From assembly GCA_040954595.2 (NCBI GenBank), contig CM082596.2:1641854-1705853 (forward strand): a stretch of 64,000 bases of DNA, read 5' to 3'. The notes under the pieces were generated by a model. The model saw only the letters and a list, made by a program, of their open reading frames with translations, was not told the DNA's origin and searched no databases. This document shows positions 1 to 14,538 of the stretch, piece after piece. The translations under genes were made by a program, and so were the position numbers. Origin of the DNA: Balanoglossus misakiensis (lineage: Eukaryota > Animalia > Hemichordata). Positions within the stretch are counted from its first letter, which is position 1; every line of letters begins with the position of its first letter.

Positions 1-1147
1 AATGGCAGCAATATCTTATCGCTCTGAAGGCCTACAGACGATACATCGACTCTCTGAGGTGAGTGCAGTTTGGATCTTATAGTTTACAGTAAAAAGTGAG
101 ATATTTCGAAGAAAATTATATAGTTCATGCTGACAAGACAGTAGACTAGCACCATGCGATACTTATGCATCAAAACGCAGAACCATCTTGTTCAAATAAA
201 ACGAGATTGCGAAGTTCTTTACTTGCATCACAAGCTAGGATAATTAAGCGGCACGAATTCCGCGAAAATAATTGTAAATTTAGAAATATCAGACATACTC
301 CAAACTCTTTCCCTCATCGTCAAAATATTTCAATCACGGTATTCTACAGTAATGGGAAAACAGGGAATTCGTTCTGGGATATTAATTTGAAGTGAGTGGC
401 AACATATTCCTGACACTTCTGCCATCATTTAATCGTGCAGAATCTTTCTTGGTGTCATCATACGAGTGATGACACCTGCAAGAGCGAGGCCAAGTAGTTC
501 AGTTCCTCGATCACCATCATCACTATCATCGATCGTCTTATAAATATTCAGTGAGCGGAAAGCCGCACTACGATAGGGAAAGCGAAGATTTCCACTATCA
601 GATAATCTCTGTTCACGCCATTTGAGTGATCATGATGAAACGTTTTCTATTTCCTTTCCATTTATCTGAAGAGAGCTACTTATTAATCCTAGAGGATGCT
701 ATAATCTCGCCAATGGTAAAGAATTCCACCAGTCACATAGTGTTCTGGCAATGTATGATACATATGCGCGAAGATCATCGGATGAAAGTGTGGTAAAAGG
801 CATTCATTGGAATCTGTCTTCGAAATTGCTCAAGTTGACAACTAACATGTATTTTATTAAAACCTGTAGGTACGGACGCAGTGTGCGCGCACAGTCCACT
901 TTCGCCGAAGAATACTTAGATGATGGGGCGGAGAAAACAGGCGGTAAAGACCTGAACATCGATGAAAACTCTATCGACACAACAGACCCTGAAAACAACA
1001 AGAAGTTATGGACGTCGGTACTTTTGTAAGTAAGTCATTGACAGTAAACTTGAAGTAATATTATTCTAAAGAAAAACTTCAATCTTGTTGATGGAATGAC
1101 TTCAGTATCTACCCTTGTTCTCATTCGTATTCCTTTGTTCCAGATGA
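1..1147 (+). CDS. NPY: NPY/NPF-type neuropeptide precursor, 3' part (exons <1-58, 870-1025, 1144-1147)
   Basis: Spliced frame reads ...WQQYLIALKAYRRYIDSLR^Y-G-R-SVRAQ...TSVLL*. GT-AG introns, with a phase-2 intron inside the Arg codon of the C-terminal RY-amide (ctg ag|g tac gga cgc), the diagnostic NPY/NPF intron position. Branch-like ACTAAC at 841; AATAAA at 1362. Confidence 0.82.
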
Positions 1148-3770
1148 GAAGCCTACTTCATCTGCTCTGAAGAGGCGCGGTACGTCTTCATCGACTCAAG
1201 ACATCAGCAACGTGGGAAACCTTTCATTGATTGGATTCCGGAGCAAAGTGATTCTTTAGTTTTTGACTTTCACTTTACATGCATCGGAAGAGAGAAAAAT
1301 AAGTGATCAAAAAACTTTTTCATGTATGATGTACGACTCCTGTGTTCAGTGCCTTCTGACAAATAAAGGCTTGATTTCCATTCTATGTACCTAACTTTTG
1401 CAAAGTGTATTTATTGGTCTGACTGTGAGTGAAAGGGTGGTGTTCTCTGAGACTTCAACTAATTGTGTGGAGTGAATGTATGTGGACCTTGTGTACACAT
1501 CACCCAAAAGACACACCAAAGAAACAAGATGTCTTTACCATAGGCTTTATTGTCTGTTGTATACAGTCAGAAGCATTATTATAAAAGCATCATTACATGC
1601 AACAGACACCATTGCAAAAGAAGGCCAACTGAAGACTTATACAAAATGGGTCTGATTGTTACTGTCCCAAACTACTGCACGTCATTACACAAGAAATGTC
1701 ACGACATCTCTGGCTACAGAATTGTCACCTGCTAGTGGTTGGGAATTTTTGGAATGGACATGCTGCCCCACCTCCCGACTGACACCAACCCCCCTTTCTG
1801 CAGTAACTTTGATCCAACCCAGTTGTGTTACAATGTAATGAGGGTGGGTTGGTTGGACCCATACAAAAGGGCAGAGGGAGTGGAAGGGAGTGTTTTAAGG
1901 CTGACACACAAACATTGTCTGTCATGGGGTTTTTATCTGCTTGGAGCGTTTCCACGACTGCTGGGACCTAATCTGCCACAACTTGCATTCTACAGCACCT
2001 ACAGACCTAACTGAGCCTATACTTAAATTCAACCTCTTGGTCCTAAGTTGAATGTACTTTCCCTCATTCAAATGCCAATTTGAATTTTCCTGCATCTTAC
2101 TTCAAACCATGTGACTGACTCACCTACCGCTTATAAAGTACATGAATGCTGCTGTCTAGAACTTTGTATTCAACCATTATCACAAGTTGGTCACTAATTC
2201 TTAGTGTCCAAAAACTAAATACAGCCACTGACAAGCCAGTCAACCAAGCCTGGTCAGGAAAACCAATCTGCATTCCAATGAAAACTTAACATAAACTAAA
2301 AAAGACAAATGATTTAGACAGGGTAAAAATCATCAAATGTGACAGTAGTTTGGGGCAATATGTACATCACTTGTGATTCTGACATACAAGAATAATTGCA
2401 TATATAGCTTACAAGTTTGATGTGTCTACAAAAAACATGGGTCATGAAACAACAAATATAGATTCCTCTCTTTTAATATGAATTCACAGATAACTTGTGT
2501 TCCATCACAGTATTTCCCTCCAATTAGTTCAGTAATACATCTATGGGCGGGATCAGCCTGCAATACCTTTCCCGGCCGAAACCGTCATAGCTAGTTTTGC
2601 CAATTCCCGGGCCTACTGGATTTCTCACAAGAAGTAATCTGGGCAAAAAAAGGCCACACAAGAAATCTCCAAAGAAAACAGCGAAAGACTGGATAATGTT
2701 GAATTTCATGATTAATCTGCAATCAAAGAAATACATTCTCTTTTAACTATTAGCATGTCTATTGTGTTCACAAATGACTGAGTTGGTAATTACTGTAATC
2801 ACCTACCTGTACAGTATATGTAAAAGCAGGGAGCGAGACCACTTCAAAAGTGTCACAAAGTTTGTAACTAAGGCTTTCGATGAGAACACAATATCAGGAG
2901 ATCACACCACCAAATACATCTTGTTCCTTTTTTTAAGAAAAGAAAGACTAATATTCTGTACAATACTGTCCATTATTTTAGTCAATTAATAATTTTCCAT
3001 TTTCAAATCATGAAAAGCACGTGTATTAAGGGGGCTTTGTACACTGAACTGATTTTGATACATGTAATTACTACTTTTGAAGACTCCTTAAGCTACATTA
3101 AATTAACACCACCCAATACACGTCCATTGTAAAACAGGCGCATGAAAGAAATCCTGTAAACATGCAAGTCAAAGCAACTTACGTTTACAGATTTTCCTTC
3201 CTTTAAAACTACACTTCTTCCTTCTACATCCTTGAACATTAAACACAGTTCATCAAAGTCAAAAAAGTCTCCATATTGCCCATGGCAACTGTAAAAGCAC
3301 TCTATCGCAGTTCTGACGTAAATGGATCTAGCGAGTATGTCGTAAGCACTGGATTATCTCTGGTTATAAAGTCCCAACCAAATTTGAATAATATAAACAG
3401 TGATACATAGGGGCAGAAAAAAATAAACCTTGAGAGAATTAAATAAAATTTATAATGGAAACACAGCATTTATTTGGCAATGGGGATTTCTACTGGTTAC
3501 TGTGTTACATTGACTACCCTTTTAATTCTAACTACTATATACAAGTGGAGTGCCAATAGTCAGAATTTTTCCTTTCATTTTTCTTTTCTTTGATGTTGAC
3601 TATCAGCAACCTCAGTAAATCATAATCCTTTTCCCACGGACCACTATATGCAAGCTATTTGTGTTCTTTTTTATATCAACTTGCACTGGGAATACACGGA
3701 AATTAAAGAATATTCCAGGATACTGTCAAATGTTACATTGTAGCTATTTTGTTGTGTAAAATGTATCAAC

Positions 3771-5691
3771 TCAAGACTTGCAACATCCGCCACTTCCTGA
3801 TGGGGAACCCTCTTGTCTACTGTCTGTTATTCTGTGTGCACCTGGTTCCCTGGCACCTGGCTCATTTTTGGGGAGCTTCTTGGCTGTGGAGGGAGAGACA
3901 GACAGATGTACACACAAGTTAATTCACAAGTGGTTAATATTTTATCTGAAATATTTCAGAAAGACACCTTTATGATCCAACCATGGATCAATGTAGCATT
4001 CATGATCATAGATCAACTTACCTATCGCCAAAAAGATATCATTTACATTCATTGCTGTTTTTGCCGATGTTTCCATAAACAATAAACTGTTATCTTCAGC
4101 ATATGCTTGTGCTTCCTGTAAAAAAGAGACAAGACGCTATGAAGATCTGAACCCCGGCAGGTGACACTTGCTAATTCATATAAAGACAATGAAATCCTGG
4201 GATAAAGAGTGCAATATTTCTGGTAACAAACTGTATGTAACTATTGATGTGAGTGCATGAAAAAAAGCTACATTACCTCATATTCCACCATCCGTTTATT
4301 TGCAAGATCTGCTTTATTTCCAGCCAGTGCTATAACTATATTTGGACTGGCTTGTCTTTGTAACTCTTTAACCCATGTCTTCGCACGTGCAAATGTGTCC
4401 TGTTGACAGCAAGAAAGGTGACATAAATTGTCCATTCTACATTTGTACTTTGGCTTGAATCAACAAGGAATGCCCGAGTCAGCTATAGATGATTTGTTAA
4501 AACAATTTGAGTCATAATATACAGATAATACATAAGTAAGTTGTTGCCAGACACCACAGACATGACCGGAATACATAATCACGACAATGATTGTAGTGGT
4601 ATAGCAAAGACCATCTACCTACCGTGTCTAGACAGATGGGGAGGTTATTCAACAGATTCACCCATGTGCCCTCTGACACACATTACATATTTGGCGCCAT
4701 GAGGCAAAAAGAGAACTCATTTGAATAGTACAAAGTAGTTTCATTCCCATATGCTTAGTTGTGATAAAGATGAGGCTGGGACCACGCCAATACCACAAAT
4801 CATCACTGTTTTAAAATCAAATGTATATCTTAAAATGTTTACAGTACCTGATTTGTAACATCATATACAACAATGGCAGCTTGTGCTCCCCTGTAATACA
4901 TGGGCGCTAGGCTGTGATACCGTTCCTGGCCCGCCGTGTCCCAGATTTCAAATTTTACCGTCGTGTCGTCCAGACAAACTGTCTGTGTTAAAAATGCCGC
5001 TAAATGGGAAAAAATACAAAATATATGTAACATTTACATTACACAAAATCAGTGCGTTTATTTCCCATCAGTCCTAAATACAGCTGACTGCTTTACATTT
5101 TTGTCAACTTTGTATTCAGGTTGCAGACTTTGCACACCTTCTCAGAACTCCTCAACCTTTGAACCAACACTCAATGCATACTCAGACAGACACAAATGTT
5201 TTGGTCTGTCATTGTGGAAGTTTCTAATGCCTAATGGGATTATGGGAAATAGTTTTACAAAAAGAACATCAGTGACAGGAAACATTATTGTTCCAAATCC
5301 TTTTCACTCTACTATCAAGTCTATTACATATCAAAATGGTCTGGTGTGATATTACCAATGCTTTGACAAAGTGAAAGTTATAACGAATGCTGTTATATAA
5401 TGTATTTTAATCATGTGAATAGTCATGTAACACAAATATGTGCTTGACTTGCTGGTTATCACATGAATGACTGTCTTAATTAGGATATATTTTGTTTTAG
5501 TTTTCATCCCCAGACCAACTTGTCAACTTACCTCCAATTGTACTTTCCTGGTATTCATGGAATTGTCCTTTTACAAACCGAAGTACTAAACTTGACTTTC
5601 CCACAGCTGATTCACCTAGAAGTACCAATTTAAACTGGCATATTTTCCCCTGTGTGCCATTGGGCCGCTGGACATTACCTCTTCCAGTCAT
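3771..5691 (-). CDS. RAB5: Ras-related protein Rab5, 213 aa (exons 5532-5691, 4848-4999, 4277-4399, 4022-4115, 3771-3883)
   Basis: [65 protein letters not shown] and C-terminal GGCCKS prenylation motif. All junctions GT-AG; exon lengths sum to 642 nt. Confidence 0.97.
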
Positions 5692-7759
5692 CGCAGGTAT
5701 GTGTGGCAATTATACGCAATAATCTTTCCAAGTCTTTCAATATTCCAAATTAATTAAATATATAATCTTCAGTTATTAGCCCCTGGCTTTGAAAAGACTG
5801 CCTGAAAAATAAAAGGAGAATTATGTCAATTTTACTTCTCTACGGATGTAGACAATTACAATTTCCATAATGCGCTGATCATGTATTGAAACCTTTATGT
5901 GTTTCACTCTTTCACTACAACCATTTGTACAACGAAAATGTTTCCAAGTCATATTTGTTTGTTGGAATGTCTAATGAAATTGTAACAGCCTCACCACATT
6001 GAAATCCAGCTATCTCAGTCAATCCGAACCCTAACCTGCCTACTGGGCAACCACAGCTACACAATTTAGCTCAGTCATGACAGCCATAATGGCATATATC
6101 AAATCATGGCAAGCAATCACTGGTATACAGTAAATACTGTAATGATTGATAAGCAGGAAGAAGGAAGCATTGTGAACACAACTCTATATTTAGATACTGA
6201 CCAAGGTATAACACTGGTAACAATGGAATCATATTAATATTGCATAATTAATAAAATGTAATCTGTGAGAAGTGCACTTTAACTTGTTAAGTATAATATT
6301 TTGGTTCCTTTTCCCCCTTTAGTAGAATCAGACACAAACACTCTTTGACCTTAGTCAACCCTCTAACAACCTTTATATAACATGGACTTTCATTTTCTGG
6401 AGCACTACAAGTGTTGTATAAATGTGTGTGGCAATGTACCAGAATGATTAGCACGAAACCTAGAATAGTTGGTTTCTTTTAATCATTTTTATTGCCAATA
6501 TTTTATAGTTGAATTTGGTATGAAACCCCACAGAATGTTCATACATAATTATATTAAACTCTTTCATTTCACTAAATGCCAAACGACATATTAAACATTT
6601 TAACCCTAGGAATAAGAGAATAAGTTAACAAATATGGTACAAAAGTTTGTCAAAACATCCTGTTCCGGCTACCCTGTCCTCCATATTGATTTTTCAAGGC
6701 CAGAGTTTTATATTTGAACAATGCTATGTCCCCTGATGACTCAGTCTCATACTGCACAATCTTGGTGTCAGTCTTCGATGTCTCCTCGATGAATAACAAT
6801 ACTTCCTTAGTAGATGATTGTATTCTAAGTATAGCCCTGTAAATCCCCTGTTACATGTTTTTGCAGACATAGCTGTTTTAGCAGACTGCAGCAGCTGGCC
6901 TTTTCCAACATCTCTGACAAAGCCTATCATACATGCACAAATGATACTATGCGCAAAAATTACATGAGTAATGCATTCTCAATGCTGCATAGATGTCAAA
7001 GTGACAAGTTAATTGCAATAATGTCAGTTTCTACAAATGATAGTAGTGAGTAATCTATTTCACTTGCATGGCAAACTGGTGTTTACAAGATAAAATAATC
7101 ATCAATTTAAAGGAATTAACTGAATGTTTATAAACAAATTCAGGAATAGAGTTCCTGGAAGTAACATGAGATCCTCCATTATCGATACCCCAGGTGAAAT
7201 CAGTAGATTACGTCACCACAATGGCATGTAAACAAATTGCATGCAACCCCCATGGTGTCAATTACTGTTCCAGATATTTTCACTGCTAGTTGTCAACTAC
7301 GATCATGATCATCATTGAAATTACAAGTTTACATGTGTTTTGAGTTTTGATCCTTCAAGGCACTGCGGTATCATTGAAAAAGACCGGGTTCAAGGCCATT
7401 TACTTTCTCAATGTTACTGCGTCCCAAAACCCGGTACATGGGATGTCACATATCAATCATTACGAAACTTGTCAAAAGGACGTTGATTGTTAAATGGGTT
7501 GGAAACATACAACTTCTAAACCATTCACACATTTGAGGAATAAACGCACACCATCCACCTGTGTCTTAATTAACTGAAAGTCCGCAAACTAAGGTCCCCA
7601 ATAATAATTTACATACAATTATAAATCATCGCATTTGAGATACCATACAAAACCCGTGACTACCACCACTAGCCAGTATGTACGTCACGTCATCAAACTT
7701 TCGATTGCCTTGGACAATCGAGTGGAAGCCGTAAGGGGCAAACTGTACCACGGTCTACT

Positions 7760-8913
7760 TACAACCCGTGACGACTGTTTTCTCTGAATGTTCCACCCCG
7801 ATTACGAGCAGATAGTGGAGTTCGCAGAACATTAATTATGACTCGGGCGTAGAGAAACAAACCAGGAAGGCAGCCATTTTGAAGAGACTGTGTCAAAAGG
7901 GACACCGTATAACTTCAAAATAAGACAGTATTGACATTCCAGAATCGAATGCACCAAAGAACATGTACTTACTTCTACTAGCAGTCTGTCAGATCCCTTA
8001 ATATATTTATAGAATCCCGAAAAATGGGTTGTTATAGTTTGTTTCCTATCAATTACTACTACGTCGTACCACCCTCTCACTGTGACCGAACAACACCTCT
8101 CTAGAACAACTTACAAGAGCGGTATATCAGTCCGCCGTACAGTCAACATTAATCAAAAGGATCGGAAAACGAAGCTTGCTTAAATCATAATGAATTCCAC
8201 GAGAACATATACTCACCAACAGAGTTACAAAATCCTACCAACTTTTGTATAATGATGACAGAGTTGGTACAGCTTATGTACTATGTGATAATCGGCCTGG
8301 GGAAGAACACAGGTACACCCCTGATTGTTGTTTCCTTTCGTTGGACACCCGTAGGATCCATATAGAATGACGTCATCGATAGGGTCTTACTCTCTCGCGT
8401 TTTGCGAGAAAATGAGACTTCGACGTGGTTCATAAAAATGACCTATTGACCTTTCTGGAAGGCATGTAAAGGTCATAGCGAACGCGAAAGAAAAACATAT
8501 ATCGTGAATAAATGTTAAAAATTAGTCACGGATACACTTTTATTGCTAAAAATTAGGATCCATTTATAGTTGAGCAACGTCATTCCTGATTAAATATATC
8601 CCAGTGTGAGAACCGAATTCGCAGCACATGAAACGTTGTTGAACGAGGCTATGGAATGGAATCATAGCAACCATCAACAAAAATAGGGCCCAGCTGCGTT
8701 CGAAAGGGACATCCTCCGCGACAACGCGAGAAAACAGTAGACTGTTGGACTTGTTGCTCTGCCGGCCTCCTGAAGACGATCGTTCAGATTTTACGTAACT
8801 GTGCCTTCATCATTTCAGCAAAAACAATCTTGACGACACCCAGAAACAAGTTGGAGACCCTGGGTAACCCAGAAGATTCCCAAAGTTATTAATTGAACTT
8901 TTTGAACTTCAAC
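7760..8913. promoter_or_regulatory. Bidirectional promoter region shared by Rab5 and EFHB
   Basis: CpG-richer stretch between divergent genes. Rab5 non-coding first-exon donor near 7762, YY1-like CAGCCATTTT at 7871, CRE TGACGTCA at 8368-8375, RFX-like sites near 8665 and 8854-8868. Confidence 0.65.
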
Positions 8914-11900
8914 ATGGAAACTGTTCAGCTTGTAACGAAGGGGATCCCCGTCCAAAGCAACTATGGAAAGTACACCGATCGAAACCGTGACATCGATGCG
9001 GTAAGTTACAATAGATTGTTGATAAAATATAAGCAGTCGACAGTGTTTTGTACAATGAGTTTGCTTGCTCATATGAATTTTGATTCATAATTCTCCATTC
9101 ACATTTCATTGAAATCGACATTACAAGTTATCAATGACACAACACCATTACATGTGTTTAATATGTAGATGGATAATGAAAAAGTCTTGCTGGGAAACAC
9201 AAAAAATAAATTAAGAGAGTAATCAACATGACAAATAAAAATTACAATACCTTCCTATGTTCATATATATATATCCATCAAGTCCCAATTCTTTTGTCAT
9301 TTGATGATGTACATGTATCCCTCAATGACTAATGAATAGTTTTTGATCATTTTGTTGAAGGCTGGTAAACTGATGAGCGTGCGGGGAGACAGTGCCAAAG
9401 ACTGCCTACTTCACGACCAAAGAGCACCAACTCCGGATACCGTTAAGAAATTTAAGAACTTTTTTGAGCCTGAACCAAGTGCGGCACGCGTATTCTACGG
9501 CAGAGCAAACGATCCTGACGTAGCTTCTACAATAGTCCATGGAATCAGTACCAGACCATCTGATTCTGTAAGTTGATCTTAAGGGTTACATACATATACA
9601 TATGTATAGTTATATGTATATTATAATATTTTCATATGATGTGAGAATATTGAGGACTGGAACAATAACACCATCATGATGAATTACTGTGATCCAGAAC
9701 TCACCTGCAGCTGAATAAGTAATGTTCATTGTGTGCAGATCATTGTGAGCAATAATGGTTGTATGTTTACTTCAATCCTCTTTTGTAAACACTTTCATCA
9801 AAAGTTGCCATACACAATCTCACCGTTGTTGTACATGCTGTTTTTCTTACAGGCGGGTGACCTTGCAAATCCCAGACCAAAGTCTTTATACCACCAGCGT
9901 ATGCTTGATAAGAAAGACATGCTGTATGCCAGCAAACAGAAAGCACCTCTGGGCAAATCTTATGATCAGAGTCCAGGACTTCCCAATGGGTTAGATGTTA
10001 CACAAGTACGCTTTGGAATTAAAAATGTCTTTGGTAAGTATTTGTGTCTAAGAAAATAACTATAAAGTGGAATTTTATCTATCTTTTGACTGGCCACTGT
10101 AGACATGTTGCCCGAAGGGGAAGAAAGGAAACCCAAGCTTATTTGAAAGACAATTTCCCTTTCAGATGGCAGTGCTGGCGAACTTGTGTCTCCAAACAAA
10201 ACTTATGAGCAGGTCATATCAGAGGGAAATGAAGGTCATGATCTGTACATCGTCACTCACAATGACTATGATGTTGGTGAAAAAAAGGACAGGCAGTACG
10301 ACTGGTCATGCTATGCCAAGGATAGCAGATTTGGCGTTCCGACTCCTCACGATAACGACGGCAGGCATGTGAAGAAAACACTGAAGTGGTTGCATGATGC
10401 ACAGGCGTAAGTTAGACTAGTTGTGTCAGATTGCTTTGTCTGGTTAGACAAGTTTATTGTAATATGAAGTGATGAAAGAGACAGAGAGAAGGGGTGGTTC
10501 AAGAAAAGTACTACAAATCAAGAGACATACTAAAAGTAATTTCTCTTATCCTGTTTCAGTGAGAAAGCAGCCAAAATAGTTTCCAAGAGAGTTGATGATT
10601 TCCGTGAACGCACACAACCTCAGCTGGGTCAAGTCCACGACCCGATCAAAGACACCTTGAGAGTGGCACCTGATCACACCTTTGGTATAATGTTAAGGCC
10701 AGATGAATATGGAGCAGGCGATCTCTTACACGGACGAGTTCCTGGCAATTATCTTCGAGGAAAAGAAAGAGAGAGGGGTGTCATTGCCGCCATTAGACAA
10801 CATCTCAAGAAAGCCAACTTCCACAATTTCAATGACCTCACAGCAGCATTTCACCACTATGATAAGGTAATGTTCAGTTATATTTTTCTTTCCTTTGCTC
10901 TCATCCAATGAACTCCACTAGATCTTGTGACATCTCGCGTGGTCAGGCAGTTTATATGGGAGGGCAAACAAACACATTTTGGTGTGGTTAATTGTGTGAG
11001 GCTAATTATTGACATCAATGTTTAATTGCAGAACGGTGATGGAAAAATCGACATCAATGAGCTCCGAGAATGTTGCGTACAATTCAATTTGCCTGTGGAA
11101 CCAGAACTTCTAGAACAATTAGTGTATGCTTGTGATGCCAACGGCGATGGATACATCGACTATACGGAATTTGCCAATTTCCTCAACTGGAAAGACAAGA
11201 TGAGTCAGGGAATCGAGAGCAAGAGGGAAGGAGATGTGGAAGTTTTGCAGAAGCAGATCGACAGAGCCATCGGTGAACACAGGACATCAGCTTCCATGAT
11301 CAATGCCACTATTGGGGGACCAGTCTCAGCCAAAGGTGAGAATTGGGAAACTGGTTGCTATTTTGTTTGAATCTGCTTTCATTATCCTGAATGCTGGTTC
11401 AGTAATTTGAGAAATGAAGACATTTAAATTGATTAATATCATACAGATGATTAAAAGTTAAAGGTGTGTCTTTTGCTCAAGGTTTCCGGTGTTACGGAGT
11501 GCCAACAATACGCAGTGATGTCCCCGCACCAAGGAATCGTCGAATCTCAGATCGTACAAACTACGGAGATGAATCTGACGCATATGGTCTGGTGAATCCA
11601 TCCATCTACAGCAACCGAGGAGTCTATGAGAAAGATTTCTTCCAGCCAAGGAGTAAACAGGAGGCAAGTATTAAAACCAACTGTGACCATTCAGCTAGCT
11701 GTATGTGTCATACCTATTACCTTTCTAAATGTTGGAAACTAAAAGAAAACATTGACAGATCAAGAATTGCTTATTTTGCATTGTAATTAATATATATGAT
11801 AAAATGTAATGCCTACCTGTTGTACTCATTTTTGTTTGTGGATAATTTCCCTCACCAGATCAGGATAATATTCACCAGACTTGGCGTTGAAATGGACGAA

Positions 11901-12020
11901 GACACATTTGAAAAGCTTTGGCAGGAAGCAGCATCTCGAAACGACAGAGGTCAGGTCAGCGTGGAGAGCTTCAGACATGTACTTGACCAAGTTCAAGCAC
12001 AACAACTGGCCATGTCATAG
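8914..12020 (+). CDS. EFHB: EF-hand domain-containing family member B (ciliary protein); exons 8914-9000, 9361-9567, 9853-10033, 10166-10406, 10560-10866, 11032-11335, 11482-11663, 11859-12020
   Basis: Two EF-hands (YDKNGDGKIDINEL, CDANGDGYIDYTEF), motifs HTFGIMLRPDEYGAGDLL and YGVPTIRSDVPAP...RISDRTNYGDE, and consistent exon phases. Confidence 0.9.
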
Positions 12021-14538
12021 TTTACCAACATTTACCAAAAAAGACAGCATTATAAACATTACCATGGCAATGTGTAATGACAAAGTCATTGCCATGGCTG
12101 TATTTAACATTACATTTGTTTTATCCATTTGCCATCAAAGTTTGAATTGACAGTATTGAGGAAGATTGACATTCAGCTGATATTTTTAATCCTTGCAGCT
12201 TTCAGTTTTCATCTTGAAAAGTTGTTTCTATGCAGTTGACAGATGACCATATCACCTTTTCAACCCTTAATATGCAAAAACACACAATTACACTTCAAAT
12301 TGTTAATTCATTTTGTGCTATGCAGTTCTGACAATGTAAATACGTGTTCAACGTTTGCAGTTTCAATTTCTAGAAAACTTGGAAGTTTTCACTTTTACCA
12401 ACTTTACATTCTTAAATATGCAACTTTTGTCCATTGTACATCAATAATAAAAATTGGAAGTACTTTAAATATTGTATTATGTATTCCTGAAATACGTATT
12501 GTAAGCAATTATAAACAAACTGAGGTTCTAGTTGTGCAGTTTGCTATGCAGTATTGAATGATCTTTAACATTTTTACAAGAGTTTATGGTTGATACAGTG
12601 TGCATCATATGAAGGTTTCCGTCCAAACCAATTATAGTATTCTTCATGCAAATGTTTATGCTTTAAATCTTGCAGTATTCCACCTGATGAAGCTTATTAT
12701 GCAACTTTCAAATGTGATGATATTTTGACTTGTATATTACCTACTAATCTTAGCCAGGTTTTGAAATGTTTTTAGTCAAGTTCATGATCACATGTCAGTT
12801 TGAAGCAGATGGTATATGCAGATTGGTTGGTAATCAACCAATCAGGATACAGTATTACCAATTGTTGATCAGAGCAGGGTAGCCAGGTACAACTGAAAAC
12901 AGAATGAATTTTTCTGATGTGTTGCACCAAAGACATTTCATGTACATTTGTAATTGAAATCATATCAGTATTGTGAGTCCAGATTGGAAGAACACGATTC
13001 CATATCATAGCATGCCATATCATACACAAAAAAATAGTCGATCTCTTTGCCATGATGTGACCTGTGTGAAATAACACCTGCTGTGGCAAGCTTTAAAATC
13101 CATCTAACCAACAGGCAGTATTTTTATATTCTCCATGAGTGCCCATGCAGAGCCTATGCAGTTTTCAGAGATTTTTCTGTTTAAATCTCACAGCATCCAA
13201 TGTATCAAATACCACAAGTATTTACCTGACAGTAAAACAACCTTGAGTGGACTTCGCATTTTCTGTTAGTCCATTTTCAACTTTTATTTGTTTTTGCGCT
13301 GGACAGCAATAAAAAAAGTGGATACAGACACGCAATTAAAATAATTAAAATGCGAACTCTCAATATTGTAAATACCATTGCACATGAAAACATGTATGAA
13401 CTTTGACATAAAATAAATGTATATTTACAATTCAACATGTTTGTATTGTCTGTTTAATCCTTTGTGGATTAACTGTCTGGGACCAGTCCATGTCTCAAAA
13501 CAGAATGATCACAGTCTCACCATTAAAAATTCACCCTTTTCCCACTTCAGAGTGGTTCAATCCTGTTGTTTGACAACAAAACGACTGGACCAAGAACAGG
13601 AAAAGGGGGAGTGTAATGATAATGTCACCCACCCACACACACAACCCCTGGCTATAGTATGGAACATCGCATGATGAAAGATTAATGAGACATACCTGGA
13701 CACTATTTGCTCACGTCTGTTTACATATGTATAACTGCATACTTTTGTACACCCCAAAATGAAATCCTTTTAGCGAATTCAATATTGCATAACTGGGAAA
13801 AGTATATTCTTTGGTTCACTGAGTACATGTCATCACATGACAGGCAAATTCTGAACCTTGAAATGGTCCAAATGAAAGCCCCCCACATAACATTATGCTG
13901 AGAGACAATTATTTCTGATGTGAATGTTTAAATTACAGACAATAATATTTAACTGCTCTTGAAGTATTAGCATACAATTCAATTTCTGCAAAATTTGAGT
14001 TACATTCAGAGAGTCTGGGATTACGTATTAGAAGGGCAGACCACTTCTGATGACTAAAACCATACAGATAAATATCCACATTATTATTCCCCCAAATCTC
14101 ATTTTTAAAACTCTCTCCATAAATAATCTACAAACAAACTGATTCTCTCCACAATCAGTATTTTTAAAATGGCAACATTCTCTTTCATTACCAATCTCAT
14201 TCAAACATGCATCAAAACCAGTGTGAGCTAGCTGATACACCCAAAACAATTTACAACAATACATGATCGTCAGAGTATTTTATACATCTATAGGGCTCAC
14301 ACAGCAAATTTCACCACAGAATATAAGTAAACATTTTCCAACCCTTTGGTCAAACCAAATTATTTCAATAGGAAGGCTGGTCCCATCTATAATAAAGAGG
14401 GGCTGGGTTACACAGATTATGTTAGACATACAAGCCACTATACACTGGAGCTGTCCTTCATTTCTCTTTGAGAAACCGTGTCAACAACTACACTGACATT
14501 GCAACTACCTCACCAGACTTTGCTTCCAATATTGCACA

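Noticed and set aside
3276-3289. X-box-like TTGCCCATGGCAAC downstream of the Rab5 stop
   Set aside because: Far from any TSS; a single motif without supporting context.
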